64,000 nucleotides of DNA from positions 267,777 to 331,776 of the IMG/VR virus record IMGVR_UViG_3300047445_000186. One strand, 5' to 3'. A program made the translations under genes and the position numbers. Shown piece after piece: positions 19,025 to 28,649 of the stretch. The notes beneath the pieces are model-generated. The model did no database searches and was not told the origin of the DNA. It saw nothing but the letters and a program-made list of their open reading frames with translations. Positions within the stretch are counted from its first letter, which is position 1. Every line of letters begins with the position of its first letter.

Positions 19025-19387
19025 ATGACAGCACGATACGTTGAAGTCGATCGTGCTGCTTTCCGCGCAGCACTCGAATCCGCCGGGTTCACGCCCGACC
19101 CCGAAGCAGTCGGAGAGCTGGTGTACGTTCGCCAGCACCACAAGGATCCGACGATGTTCGTGAAGATCTTCACGTCGCTTCCGCTGAACGCCGGGAACGC
19201 TCGCCCACCGGGTGCCGACGCGATTCGCGTCCTGCTGATCTTCAAGAACAGCCAGACCGGAAAGTCTGGCTGCCTATACAAGACCTCCCGCGTGTACCGG
19301 ACTGGTTCCCAAGAAGCCGTCATTCGTCGCACGATCGATCGCGCTCGCGAAGCGTACGGCGAAGGCAATCGTCGAGCCAATCGCTGA
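19025..19387 (+). CDS. Early hypothetical protein
   Basis: MTARYVEV...KIFTSL...ARPPGADAIRV..RVYRTG; start at 19025. Confidence 0.7.
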   Translation: MTARYVEVDRAAFRAALESAGFTPDPEAVGELVYVRQHHKDPTMFVKIFTSLPLNAGNARPPGADAIRVLLIFKNSQTGKSGCLYKTSRVYRTGSQEAVIRRTIDRAREAYGEGNRRANR

Positions 19388-19409
19388 TCACTCCTCGGCG
19401 ACACCAGAG

Positions 19410-19433
19410 AAGCCCGGTTCATCCGGGCTTTTT
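19410..19433 (+). terminator. Rho-independent terminator
   Basis: AAGCCCGG-TTCAT-CCGGGCTT followed by TTT. Confidence 0.85.
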
Positions 19434-19460
19434 GGGCTTTAGAGTCATACTTCTCGCTGC

Positions 19461-19501
19461 TAAATAGTCCTCAGAGGGCCACGTCGTGGCCGCAGAGGAC
19501 T
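19461..19501 (+). promoter_or_regulatory. Late promoter plus RBS-sequestering hairpin (cassette 1)
   Basis: TAAATA; AGTCCTC pairs with GAGGACT around an inner GGCCAC/GTGGCC stem. Confidence 0.75.
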
Positions 19502-19503
19502 CC

Positions 19504-20727
19504 ATGACATCTCCGGTCGATACATCCGTCAAATCTTTCGATAGCACCATGCTCGGTGCTCCAGCCCTGAGTGGTACTGCTGGCACCACAATTGGCGTGC
19601 TTGATGCTTGCTTGGTGAACGGGTTCGACACACGTGCTGCTTCATCTATCGTTGTTTCAGGTGGTGTGGCTACGGTGAGCTACTCGGGTGCAGTGCACTC
19701 AGCTCGGTTGAACAGCGTTATTCTCGTGTCTGGCGTGACTGACATCACGTCGTTGAATGGTGAACAGAAGATCACGGCAGTCGGTTCTGGCTTCGTGAAG
19801 TTCGCGACAGCGGCCTCGCCAGGTACCGCAACCGGCACGATCTCGTTTAAGATGGCTCCACTCGGATGGGTGAAGCCCTTCAATGGTACCAATATCGGCG
19901 TGTACCAGTCGAGTGACATCACGTCAACAAAGTGCTACCTTCGCGTTGACGATACTGGTACCCAGACATGCCGCGTTATGGGGTACGAAACCATGACTGA
20001 CGTGAACACTGGACTTGGTGGATTCCCGCTGTCTGGTCAGATTCTTGGTCCTGTCACAGGTGGTGGTTGGTGGTACAAGAGCGCTCAGGTCAACTCGACC
20101 CCAGTTGTGTGGTCTATTCACGGTGACGGCAAGATCTTCTACATCAACATTCAGATGGGAACTAGCACGAACGCCTCGTATCAAATGACGTCTGGGCGTG
20201 TGTTCGGTGATCCAATTCCGTACAGACCTGGCGGCGATCCATACTGCTGCATTTTGAACTATGCCACTGCATCTGGTGGTATGGCCGGTGGTGTTGGAAA
20301 TACGTACAGCTCATCTGCAAATTGCTCATTCGCGACACCTCGCGATTTCACTGGAATTGGATCCGCAGTTGGGAACTTCTTGATGCAGTTCGGAATCCCA
20401 GTAGGCTCTAACTCAAATTCAGGAATTACGAACTTGGCTGGGGCATTCCCATCGTACATCGATGGAAGTCTTTGGTTGTTCCAGAAATTTCTTGCCGCAA
20501 CTTCAACTGGCATGCCGCGGGCGCTCATGCCAGGTCTTTATATTTGCGGGCAGTCTAGCATCTATAACAACTTTAAGCAGGGCGATACGACCCCAGGCAC
20601 AGGTGCTCTTGCTGGTCGATGGCTACGTGCAGCAACGTCAAATGATGATGCAACCGTGCCGAACACGGCAAGCACAACGGCGAACACAGGTATCATTTTC
20701 TTTGATGACACTGGGCCGTGGAGATAA
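19504..20727 (+). CDS. Tail-fibre-associated protein, paralog A1
   Basis: MTSPVDTSVK...LDACLVNGF...APLGW...LRVDD...FFDDTGPWR; paralogous to 22994 and 37160. Confidence 0.75.
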   Translation: MTSPVDTSVKSFDSTMLGAPALSGTAGTTIGVLDACLVNGFDTRAASSIVVSGGVATVSYSGAVHSARLNSVILVSGVTDITSLNGEQKITAVGSGFVKFATAASPGTATGTISFKMAPLGWVKPFNGTNIGVYQSSDITSTKCYLRVDDTGTQTCRVMGYETMTDVNTGLGGFPLSGQILGPVTGGGWWYKSAQVNSTPVVWSIHGDGKIFYINIQMGTSTNASYQMTSGRVFGDPIPYRPGGDPYCCILNYATASGGMAGGVGNTYSSSANCSFATPRDFTGIGSAVGNFLMQFGIPVGSNSNSGITNLAGAFPSYIDGSLWLFQKFLAATSTGMPRALMPGLYICGQSSIYNNFKQGDTTPGTGALAGRWLRAATSNDDATVPNTASTTANTGIIFFDDTGPWR

Positions 20728-20730
20728 ACA

Positions 20731-22944
20731 ATGGCTGCGCATCGATACTGGCGCATCACTGGTCTTGAGGCCTTTGCAGGTGCAGATCTTGAACTGAGTG
20801 AATTTCAGCTCCTGAACGGTGCCACTCGCGTTGATGCGTCTGCAACGCTCACATGCTCAAACTCACCAGCAATTGGCGCAGTTGCGAACATCCAAGATAA
20901 CAATCTGAGCACGTCTGCGTACTGGCAAAAGGCATCTCTTGTCGGGCTTACGCTGAACTGGGACTTTGGTGGATCGCCGACTCAGGTGAATGATATTCGG
21001 ATTGCTGGTGGTGACAGCGCACTGACGTTCCCGCTGTATGCTCGGCTAGAGTACTCGGACGATAACGTTGCGTGGATCGTGCAGTACACGTACGGTGGTA
21101 TCACCTGGCCAGGCCCGCGCACGCTGACTTCATCTGGGACATTCTTGACTAATGGCGGGGTATGCACCTGCTTGTTGCACTTCGACGGTGTGAACGGTGC
21201 TACCACAACAACTGACAGCAGCTCAATCGGGGCGACCGTCACGTTCAACGCGATGGCAATTTCCACGACCTTGTCGATCTATGGTGGCTCTTCACTGTCT
21301 CAAACTGGAGCTCGCGGGTACATTAGTCTACCAGCTAATACTGCGTACGTGCCAGCGGGCGATTTCTGTATCCAGGGCTGGTTCCGAAATGCTGCAGCGG
21401 GTGGCGGCAGTACCCTTGTTTTGTACGTCAAGGGATCAATTTCGGTCTATTCTTACTTGGTATTTGTGAATGGCAACGGGTATCTGCAGGCCAACATCTT
21501 CGGCACCGGCGGCAGCGTTGCGCTGCTCGCCCCTTCACTATGGGCAACAAATACCTGGTGTCATGTTGCGGTGACTAGACAAGGTAACGTTTTTAGACTG
21601 TTCGTGAATGGTTTAATTGTAAGCATAATCACGGCGCCGAGTTCATTTGGCGCCTTAGTCGCTAGCGCAGGTCCCCTCAGTCTCGCTAATGACACGGCGG
21701 GGACATATGGTTGGGGCGCTGTTCCTGGCTATATCGACGAATTTCAAATCATTAATGGCGCGGCAATTTACACGCAGGCCTTTACTCCGCCAGCCGCCCC
21801 CTCAACTGCTACCGCAATTGACCAAGTTCAAGGTATTCTTCAGAACCTCGGCGGTGGCCGCGTAGCGAGCGGGAACAATCTCGTTCTCCCAAGCGTGATT
21901 GGGAGTTCCCTGGCGTCATATGGCGCGAGCAGTCAACCGCCGAGCGCGTTCATTCGTGGTCGAAGAGACTACGTGTACAACGCGAATGGATACCAAGGTC
22001 TCATTGACGGGATCGTCGATTACAAGGCGACCCCGTTTAATGTGCCTGTCTCGCGGCGCGTCCGGCTTCACCGACAGGCAGATGGTTTGTTGATCCGCGA
22101 AGTGTTCAGTGATCCAATCACTGGCGAGTACAAGTTTGATTACATTGACGAGACACAGAAATACTTTGTGTGCAGTCTCGATCACACTGGCGCTTTCCGT
22201 GCCGTGATCAGCGATAATCTGACACCGACAATTATGAGTGGTGCACCGATCGCGTATCCACCTGCGCACTACAGAAGCGTCGGTCCTGTGGCAACGTACC
22301 AGGCCGGGCCGGGCACTACAGTTGTCCCTAGCACTCCTACTGGGATGACTGTTGGTGATCTCATGATTGCCAGCATTGCGAACATGATCTGTACCGTGAC
22401 GCCTCCAGTAGGATGGACATTGGTGAATTCGTACAGCATGAATAATGGCGCAAACACCCAACAGGTTATGCTAAGTGTGTACAGCAAGTATGCGACCTCT
22501 GCAGACGTTGCTATTGCGGCGCATACTTTCAGTTTCAGCGCCACGAGTACACAGGGCGCAACTGGAGTTATCACCGCGTTCTACAACCCAGCAGGGCTTC
22601 CAGTTGTTGTTGACACGTCTGCAGTGAACGGGTATTTGGTCGGGAATGCATCCACCCCACCACAGCAGTCGCAGACGATGATTTTCACGCCAATGCGAGT
22701 AACGAACAATAATTCGCACATCATGCTCGTTACCGCTCAAGCGTTCATGGGTACAACGTTCAATGCAGGCACAGGTCTGATTCTCAGAGCAGGAAGTACA
22801 GCAGGCGGGATCGGTGTCTGCACAGGTACCAGCAATCTGCAAAGCGGGTATGAGAACGGCGTTGGGTACAATGGGTACATGATGACATGGAATAACGTCG
22901 CGACGCAGCCGGCGATCGGCATTGGTCTGATTTTGACGACATAA
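20731..22944 (+). CDS. Tail fibre / receptor-binding protein B1 (discoidin-like HRYWR + LamG + variable C-terminus)
   Basis: HRYWRI; LLHFDG..DFCIQGW..WCHVAVTR..GYIDEF LamG; VSRRVRLHRQ module. Confidence 0.78.
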   Translation: MAAHRYWRITGLEAFAGADLELSEFQLLNGATRVDASATLTCSNSPAIGAVANIQDNNLSTSAYWQKASLVGLTLNWDFGGSPTQVNDIRIAGGDSALTFPLYARLEYSDDNVAWIVQYTYGGITWPGPRTLTSSGTFLTNGGVCTCLLHFDGVNGATTTTDSSSIGATVTFNAMAISTTLSIYGGSSLSQTGARGYISLPANTAYVPAGDFCIQGWFRNAAAGGGSTLVLYVKGSISVYSYLVFVNGNGYLQANIFGTGGSVALLAPSLWATNTWCHVAVTRQGNVFRLFVNGLIVSIITAPSSFGALVASAGPLSLANDTAGTYGWGAVPGYIDEFQIINGAAIYTQAFTPPAAPSTATAIDQVQGILQNLGGGRVASGNNLVLPSVIGSSLASYGASSQPPSAFIRGRRDYVYNANGYQGLIDGIVDYKATPFNVPVSRRVRLHRQADGLLIREVFSDPITGEYKFDYIDETQKYFVCSLDHTGAFRAVISDNLTPTIMSGAPIAYPPAHYRSVGPVATYQAGPGTTVVPSTPTGMTVGDLMIASIANMICTVTPPVGWTLVNSYSMNNGANTQQVMLSVYSKYATSADVAIAAHTFSFSATSTQGATGVITAFYNPAGLPVVVDTSAVNGYLVGNASTPPQQSQTMIFTPMRVTNNNSHIMLVTAQAFMGTTFNAGTGLILRAGSTAGGIGVCTGTSNLQSGYENGVGYNGYMMTWNNVATQPAIGIGLILTT

Positions 22945-22953
22945 CGGGAGGGC

Positions 22954-22992
22954 TAAATAGTCCTCAGAGACCACTGCAGGTCTGAGGCTATT
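22954..22992 (+). promoter_or_regulatory. Late promoter plus RBS-sequestering hairpin (cassette 2)
   Basis: GCTAAATAGTCCTCAGAG identical to cassette 1; AATAG(T)CCTCAGA pairs with TCTGAGGCTATT. Confidence 0.75.
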
Positions 22993-22993
22993 C

Positions 22994-24199
22994 ATGACAT
23001 CTCCAGTAGATACATCCGTAAAATCATTCGACTACTCAATGTTGGGAGCGGCTGCCCTGAGCGGCACGGTCGGCTCGTTGTTGCCAATTCTTGACCAATG
23101 CCTGGTGAATGGGTTTGACACTCGAGCAGCGTCAAGCATTGTCGTTTTTGGCGGGATCGCGACAGTAAGCTACACCGGCATTACGCACTCTGCGCGTTTG
23201 AACTCGGTTATTCTCGTGACTGGTGTGACTGACCTTACGGCCCTGAACGGAGAACAGAAGGTCACCGCCGTCGGCTTCGGTTTCATTAAGTTCGCAACCA
23301 GTGTTGCGAACGGTACCGCGACCGGTACGATCTCGTTCAAGATGGCTCCACTTGGATGGGCGATTGCGCAGACAGGTACTAATCTTCGCGCGTACAAATC
23401 GACCGATGTTACATCGACCGGCTGCATTCTTCGTGTCGACGACACCGTTGCCACGTCGTGCCGTGTCGTTGGATACGAAAGTATGACCGACATCAATACT
23501 GGTCTTGGCGCATTCCCGACTGCTTCGCAACAGCCTGGCGGCGGGTACTGGGTGAAGAGCATTACGGCCTCGGCGGGTACTGTCCTCTGGTCTATCCATG
23601 GGGATGGGAAGGTGTTCTACCTGAATGTTCAGCCTGGTAGCGTTTCTGGCGCAGGTTTTCAGATCACTTCTAATCGTATGTTCGGAGACATTATTCCGTT
23701 CAAACCGGGTGGTGATCCTTATGCGTGCGTAATGAACTACTCGATCACGTCAACGATTGGCGCGATGCACGACGCCGGTGTTGGTGGGTCGGCTGTCACT
23801 CAGTTCGCTCAACCACGCGACTTCACGGGGCTTGGATCAGCGGTGATCTCGTTTATCTACCCGTACAACGGCACGACTCTGAACACAATTTCCGGCATTA
23901 CCTCGATTGCAGGTCCATTCCCATCTCAGGTAGATGGTGGCATTTGGTTGAGCTCAAAGTATCTGAACACCACCACCAGCGTTGGCATGCGTGGTCAGCT
24001 TCCAGGCGTATTGCACTGTGGTCAGAGCGGGGTATGGGCCTCGTTTAAAATGGGTGACACGACGCCCGGCTCTGGCCCCCTCGCCGGGCGTTCGCTGCGC
24101 GCTACAACAGCAGGGCACGATACGACAGGTAGTAACACCACCTCGTCAACTGCAAACACCGGGATCATGTTCTTCGACGACACTGGGCCTTGGCGATAA
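22994..24199 (+). CDS. Tail-fibre-associated protein, paralog A2
   Basis: Same termini and core motifs as A1. Confidence 0.75.
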   Translation: MTSPVDTSVKSFDYSMLGAAALSGTVGSLLPILDQCLVNGFDTRAASSIVVFGGIATVSYTGITHSARLNSVILVTGVTDLTALNGEQKVTAVGFGFIKFATSVANGTATGTISFKMAPLGWAIAQTGTNLRAYKSTDVTSTGCILRVDDTVATSCRVVGYESMTDINTGLGAFPTASQQPGGGYWVKSITASAGTVLWSIHGDGKVFYLNVQPGSVSGAGFQITSNRMFGDIIPFKPGGDPYACVMNYSITSTIGAMHDAGVGGSAVTQFAQPRDFTGLGSAVISFIYPYNGTTLNTISGITSIAGPFPSQVDGGIWLSSKYLNTTTSVGMRGQLPGVLHCGQSGVWASFKMGDTTPGSGPLAGRSLRATTAGHDTTGSNTTSSTANTGIMFFDDTGPWR

Positions 24200-24202
24200 G
24201 CA

Positions 24203-27200
24203 ATGGCTACGCACAGATATTGGCGCGCTAAAAATCTTCAGGCGTACGGCGCAACCGGCCTAGACATCACTGAGTACCAGCTTTTTGTTGGCAGCACACG
24301 TGTTGACGGCCCGGCGACGCTCACCTCCAACATCGCGCCATCAACTGGTTCATTGTCATATCTGCAGGACGGGCTAGCTACGAACAGCGCAATCTGGCTA
24401 GCAGCTGATGTTCCCAAACTCGTGCTCTCGTGGGACTTTGGTTCGACATCCGGTAACTGGGTTGATGTGAATGACATTCAGCTCGGTGGTGGCGCGCTTC
24501 GGCAGAATTTTCTGGCGTTCTCCACTCTTCAGTACTCGGATGATGCCAGCACTTGGACAGATGCATTCATTAGCACTACGAACGGCTATGTTGCGGGTGC
24601 GTACGCGTGGCCTGGAAGTTTTACGGCCACCACGAGTAGACCATTCTCGTACAATAGTCTGACAGTGTTGCTTCACGGTGATGGTACTGACGGTGGGACC
24701 ACGTTCACGGATAGCTCAACGAACGCATTCACGGTCACCCCCACAGCTACAACAACAAGTGCAACGCAGAAAAAGTTTGGTACGACTGCGCTTTCGTTCA
24801 ATGGCGCGACCTGTAAGCTGTTGATCGCGCACAACAATGCGTTGGTTCCGAGTGGAGATTTCTGCATTCAGTGTTACGTATGGGTTGCTTCTGCGACGGC
24901 TGCGACTCATCGATTCATCGTGAACAAATCGATCTCAAGTGGAGTCTGTCCATACGCATTTGCTGTGATGTCGACAGGTGTGTTGTCTGCTAATTCATAC
25001 AACGCGGCTGGCACGTCGATGGTGAACTTCACCGCGACTCAGTTAATCACAGCTCAGACTTGGACACACGTAGCGTTCACACGTCAGGGCTTGATTTACC
25101 GTATTTTCATGAATGGTCAAATCGTTGCGCAGGCAACGGCGCCATCAACTGGCGCGCTGTACAACAACAATACGCACCCGATGTGTATTGGGAACGTGTC
25201 AGACAGCATTTACCCTATGTTTGGAACAGGTGGTACCGGGTACATTGACGAGTTCTCATTTGATGCGAACAACGCTGTGTACACTGCGCCATTCATTCCA
25301 CCTGCGGCTCCAGGCTCAGGTGGTGGAATCGTGCTTACGAACAATTTCGCGATCTCATCTCCGACTGAGCCGTCTACGGTAGGAAATGGTGTATCATCGT
25401 ATGGCGTATCAGCGGTGTCAATTGCGCCGGAAACGGTCGCAGATGTTATCGCCATGTCAGCGCCAACAGTGTACGGTGTAGCTCCACCTCCAGTTTTCTT
25501 TGGTGTCAGCACGACATTGATGCTCTCATATGGTGCTGGACTGCGAGCGCCTAATAACACGCGTGGTCGAAATGATTTCGTCACTGGTGTTCTCGGCTCT
25601 GGCGTCGGACGAATCGACGGTGTTGTGCAAGTTCCTGGTACGCCAAATCAGCCAGTGAAGCGTCGTGTTCGTCTGTACAGGCAAGAAGACGGATACCTTG
25701 TGCGCGAGGCCTGGAGTGATTCAAGCACTGGGGCGTTCTCATTTGACTACGTTGACGAGAAACAGCTGTACTACATCTGCGCATTTGACCACACGAATGC
25801 GTTCGTTGGGCTGATCGCTGACAACTTAACGCCATCCCTGCTTGAAACTTCTACTGTTGACGCATACGCAGGTGCTCTGAAGAGACTGATCACGATCACT
25901 GGCGCAGGTGGTGCAGGTACAGGATACGCTATGTTGTTCAAGATTGGGGAGAGCAGCGGTTCTGCCGGCTCCGATTTCAACCTTGAAGCTGTTACAACGA
26001 CGTTCCCACTTGATAAGAACATCCCTGGCGATGTGCAGTTCACTGACGTCAGTGGAAGCCCGCTTCCACAGTGGGTCGAGCAAGTCACCGGGACGGCACC
26101 GAATCGTGTTGCATGGTTCTGGGTTAAAGTTTCGGCCGATCTGAGTACAACGCAGTCGATTTACTGCACGTACCGGAATGGTATGAGCACCGCAAGCAAT
26201 GGCAATACCGTGTTCCTGTTGTTCGATGACTTCGATGACGGCACGCTCGATACTGGAAAGTGGTCGAACGTCACTGGATCAGGCAGTTATGTAATCTCCG
26301 GTTCTGAATTCGTACTCACCGGTACTGGTGTTGGTCGCGCGCTTTATTCGGCCACGACGTTCGGTGATGGAATGGAAGTGGTTGGTAAGGTCGGACCATC
26401 GGCTACCTCGCTGAGCTACAACGGTAAGTTCGGTTTCGAAACGCAGTACATCTTCCAAAATGACTGGGACAGCCAAGGATCATCGGAAGTTGTAGTTGGC
26501 CCATCGACTAAGACACAACTTGACGCGCGCTATCAGACCACGTATTACAGAATGCGAATCCGGCGTGCGGGTGGCGCAGGTAGCATGTTGGTCAATGACG
26601 TGGTGAAGCATACACAAGGTTCTGGGATTGGGACTTCATCTGTGCCAGTTTGGCTGATGAACGTGTATGACGCCACTGTTGCCGGTAAGGTTGATTGGAT
26701 CGCAGTCAAGAAGTACATGCTCACCGAGCCTACGTACTACTCGGCCGACACCTCCATTCCTGCGGCGACTACCGTGATCAACATGACTTTCGATACCGGG
26801 AACGGTTCGACTACGTTCACGGATACTGGTTCACAAGCATCAAGTTGGCAGATCGGTACGGGCGCGGTTCAGTGTTCGACGACAGCGGTTCTTGAAGGCG
26901 TTTCATCGCTCTTTGTTCCTGGTGGTGGCTTCGCCTATCTGTACACTACAGCGTACTCCGCGAACATGCTTCCAGCTACCTCAGACTTCTCGCTGAAATT
27001 CAAGGCGCGTTCGTCGTCATGGCTGCGCTTTGACGCTTCTGGGTGCTATTTGATCTCGATTCAGGGCGCGGTAGGAAATGGAGCAGACACGCAATTCGCG
27101 ATCGCAACGAATCTGAATACATATCTGGCATTCGCGTATAGTGACGGCACGACGCGTTCAGCAGTGACTGGGACTACTCCTGTCCCGGTGAATGTGACCG

Positions 27201-27394
27201 TGTCATTCGAGTTCAAGCGAGTAGGCAGTACACTCTCATTGCTGATGAACGGCGTGCTTCAATGTTCTGCTACTCTGTCTGGCGCGTTGAACGTGCCGTC
27301 TGGTCAGCAGTGGCGAATCGGTGCACCGGCCGGTGCACAAGGCGGTGCATTTAACGGGATGTATTTCGACTCGCTCTCGCTTACTGTTGGTTAA
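24203..27394 (+). CDS. Tail fibre / receptor-binding protein B2 (HRYWR + LamG + RRVRL module + DUF2341-like + LamG-like)
   Basis: MATHRYWR; LLHGDG LamG; VQFTD..LPQWVEQ..FWVKV..SNGNTVFLLFDDF is DUF2341-like. Confidence 0.78.
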   Translation: MATHRYWRAKNLQAYGATGLDITEYQLFVGSTRVDGPATLTSNIAPSTGSLSYLQDGLATNSAIWLAADVPKLVLSWDFGSTSGNWVDVNDIQLGGGALRQNFLAFSTLQYSDDASTWTDAFISTTNGYVAGAYAWPGSFTATTSRPFSYNSLTVLLHGDGTDGGTTFTDSSTNAFTVTPTATTTSATQKKFGTTALSFNGATCKLLIAHNNALVPSGDFCIQCYVWVASATAATHRFIVNKSISSGVCPYAFAVMSTGVLSANSYNAAGTSMVNFTATQLITAQTWTHVAFTRQGLIYRIFMNGQIVAQATAPSTGALYNNNTHPMCIGNVSDSIYPMFGTGGTGYIDEFSFDANNAVYTAPFIPPAAPGSGGGIVLTNNFAISSPTEPSTVGNGVSSYGVSAVSIAPETVADVIAMSAPTVYGVAPPPVFFGVSTTLMLSYGAGLRAPNNTRGRNDFVTGVLGSGVGRIDGVVQVPGTPNQPVKRRVRLYRQEDGYLVREAWSDSSTGAFSFDYVDEKQLYYICAFDHTNAFVGLIADNLTPSLLETSTVDAYAGALKRLITITGAGGAGTGYAMLFKIGESSGSAGSDFNLEAVTTTFPLDKNIPGDVQFTDVSGSPLPQWVEQVTGTAPNRVAWFWVKVSADLSTTQSIYCTYRNGMSTASNGNTVFLLFDDFDDGTLDTGKWSNVTGSGSYVISGSEFVLTGTGVGRALYSATTFGDGMEVVGKVGPSATSLSYNGKFGFETQYIFQNDWDSQGSSEVVVGPSTKTQLDARYQTTYYRMRIRRAGGAGSMLVNDVVKHTQGSGIGTSSVPVWLMNVYDATVAGKVDWIAVKKYMLTEPTYYSADTSIPAATTVINMTFDTGNGSTTFTDTGSQASSWQIGTGAVQCSTTAVLEGVSSLFVPGGGFAYLYTTAYSANMLPATSDFSLKFKARSSSWLRFDASGCYLISIQGAVGNGADTQFAIATNLNTYLAFAYSDGTTRSAVTGTTPVPVNVTVSFEFKRVGSTLSLLMNGVLQCSATLSGALNVPSGQQWRIGAPAGAQGGAFNGMYFDSLSLTVG

Positions 27395-27409
27395 CCCGAG
27401 CCCATTGCT

Positions 27410-27442
27410 GGGACGCTCTGCAGTTGTACACTCGTTACAATT
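27410..27442 (+). promoter_or_regulatory. Middle/replication promoter GGGACGCT-N15-CGTTACAATT (leaderless)
   Basis: Same as 9008-9040; TACAAT ends 6 nt before primase ATG. Confidence 0.7.
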
Positions 27443-27447
27443 GACAG

Positions 27448-28482
27448 ATGCAGCAGAAGCTACTTCGGGATCTCATTGAAACGCAAGTCCATCTCGGTCA
27501 GGAATCCTCGACCGGGTTCAGGGCCGTGCGATGCGCGAGCTGCAATGACCACAGTGAAAGAGCGGGGTTCAAGTTCGACGGTGAGACTGTCGGGTACTCT
27601 TGCTTCAACTGCGCGGCAAAGTTCAGGTACGAGGAAGGGAGTGGCAAGCTCGGGCGATCAGCGAAGCGGATCCTTGAGGCGTTCGGTATCTCTCAGAATC
27701 AACTGAATGAAGTCACTGGCTCAAGCTTCTTCAACAAGAGTCAAGAGCCGAAAGAGATCACTTTGGAGTCAATGGCTCCGAAAGTCAGGCTGTTCACGCC
27801 TGAAGTCGCGCTCCCTCCGAAATCGCATCCGCTAGGTTCACCATTCGCTGATGAGCTTCAGGCTCCGATCATTGAGTACCTGATGAAGCGAAAGATCGAT
27901 CCACTGGAGGTCCAAGCACATTTCAGTCTCGATCCGAAATTCCTGTACCGAGTGATCATGCCTTGCATGAGAGAAGGTAAGGTCATTTACTGGCAGGCTC
28001 GGACGATTCTGGATGGCGTGAAGCCGCGGTACATGTCGCCTGGGATCAACAAAGACGCGGTTCTCTGGGGGTACGACAATCTCTGGCGCGATCACGATCA
28101 GCCGCTGTTCTGCACTGAAGGTATCTTCGATGCAGCAGCCCTGAACGGTGTTGCGTTACTGGGATCGAAGTTGAACGAATCGAAGCTCGAGGTTCTGAAT
28201 CGGTGCAGGCGACGGAAGATCGTTGTAGTCGATCGCGATGATAATGGTGGAGAGCTTGCGCAACTCGCGCTTGAGAACAAGTGGGAGATTACGTTCCCAC
28301 CCGCTGGTGTCGATGACGTGAACAAGAGTGTCCAGAAGTACGGACGACTGCTGACAATCTGGACCCTACTAAAGAACGCTACAGTCCCACAAGGGCTGAA
28401 GGCCGCCGATGGTCTGGCCGTACAATCAAAGCTTGCTCTCGGAATGGAGCTAGCACTCGCAAAATTATCTAGAAGGAAATAA
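27448..28482 (+). CDS. DNA primase (T4 gp61-like)
   Basis: Zn finger CASC..CFNC; YWQAR; TOPRIM TEGIFD and DRD. Confidence 0.92.
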   Translation: MQQKLLRDLIETQVHLGQESSTGFRAVRCASCNDHSERAGFKFDGETVGYSCFNCAAKFRYEEGSGKLGRSAKRILEAFGISQNQLNEVTGSSFFNKSQEPKEITLESMAPKVRLFTPEVALPPKSHPLGSPFADELQAPIIEYLMKRKIDPLEVQAHFSLDPKFLYRVIMPCMREGKVIYWQARTILDGVKPRYMSPGINKDAVLWGYDNLWRDHDQPLFCTEGIFDAAALNGVALLGSKLNESKLEVLNRCRRRKIVVVDRDDNGGELAQLALENKWEITFPPAGVDDVNKSVQKYGRLLTIWTLLKNATVPQGLKAADGLAVQSKLALGMELALAKLSRRK

Positions 28483-28649
28483 TGGCAACATTCAACATTG
28501 CAATCAGCTTCGAAGTCGAAGTTGGAACCTATGACGCGGCCCATGAGATGGCGGCCACGATCTTGGAAGAAGTGGATCACTTCAGCGCAGGCACAATTAC
28601 TGGCGTCGTGATCGATGTCGAACACGCAAGCGGAGACCTGGATGAGTGA
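28482..28649 (+). CDS. Small acidic protein (55 aa, not in ORF track)
   Basis: MATFNIAISFEVEVG...; SD AAGGA; overlaps primase stop and helicase start. Confidence 0.6.
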   Translation: MATFNIAISFEVEVGTYDAAHEMAATILEEVDHFSAGTITGVVIDVEHASGDLDE

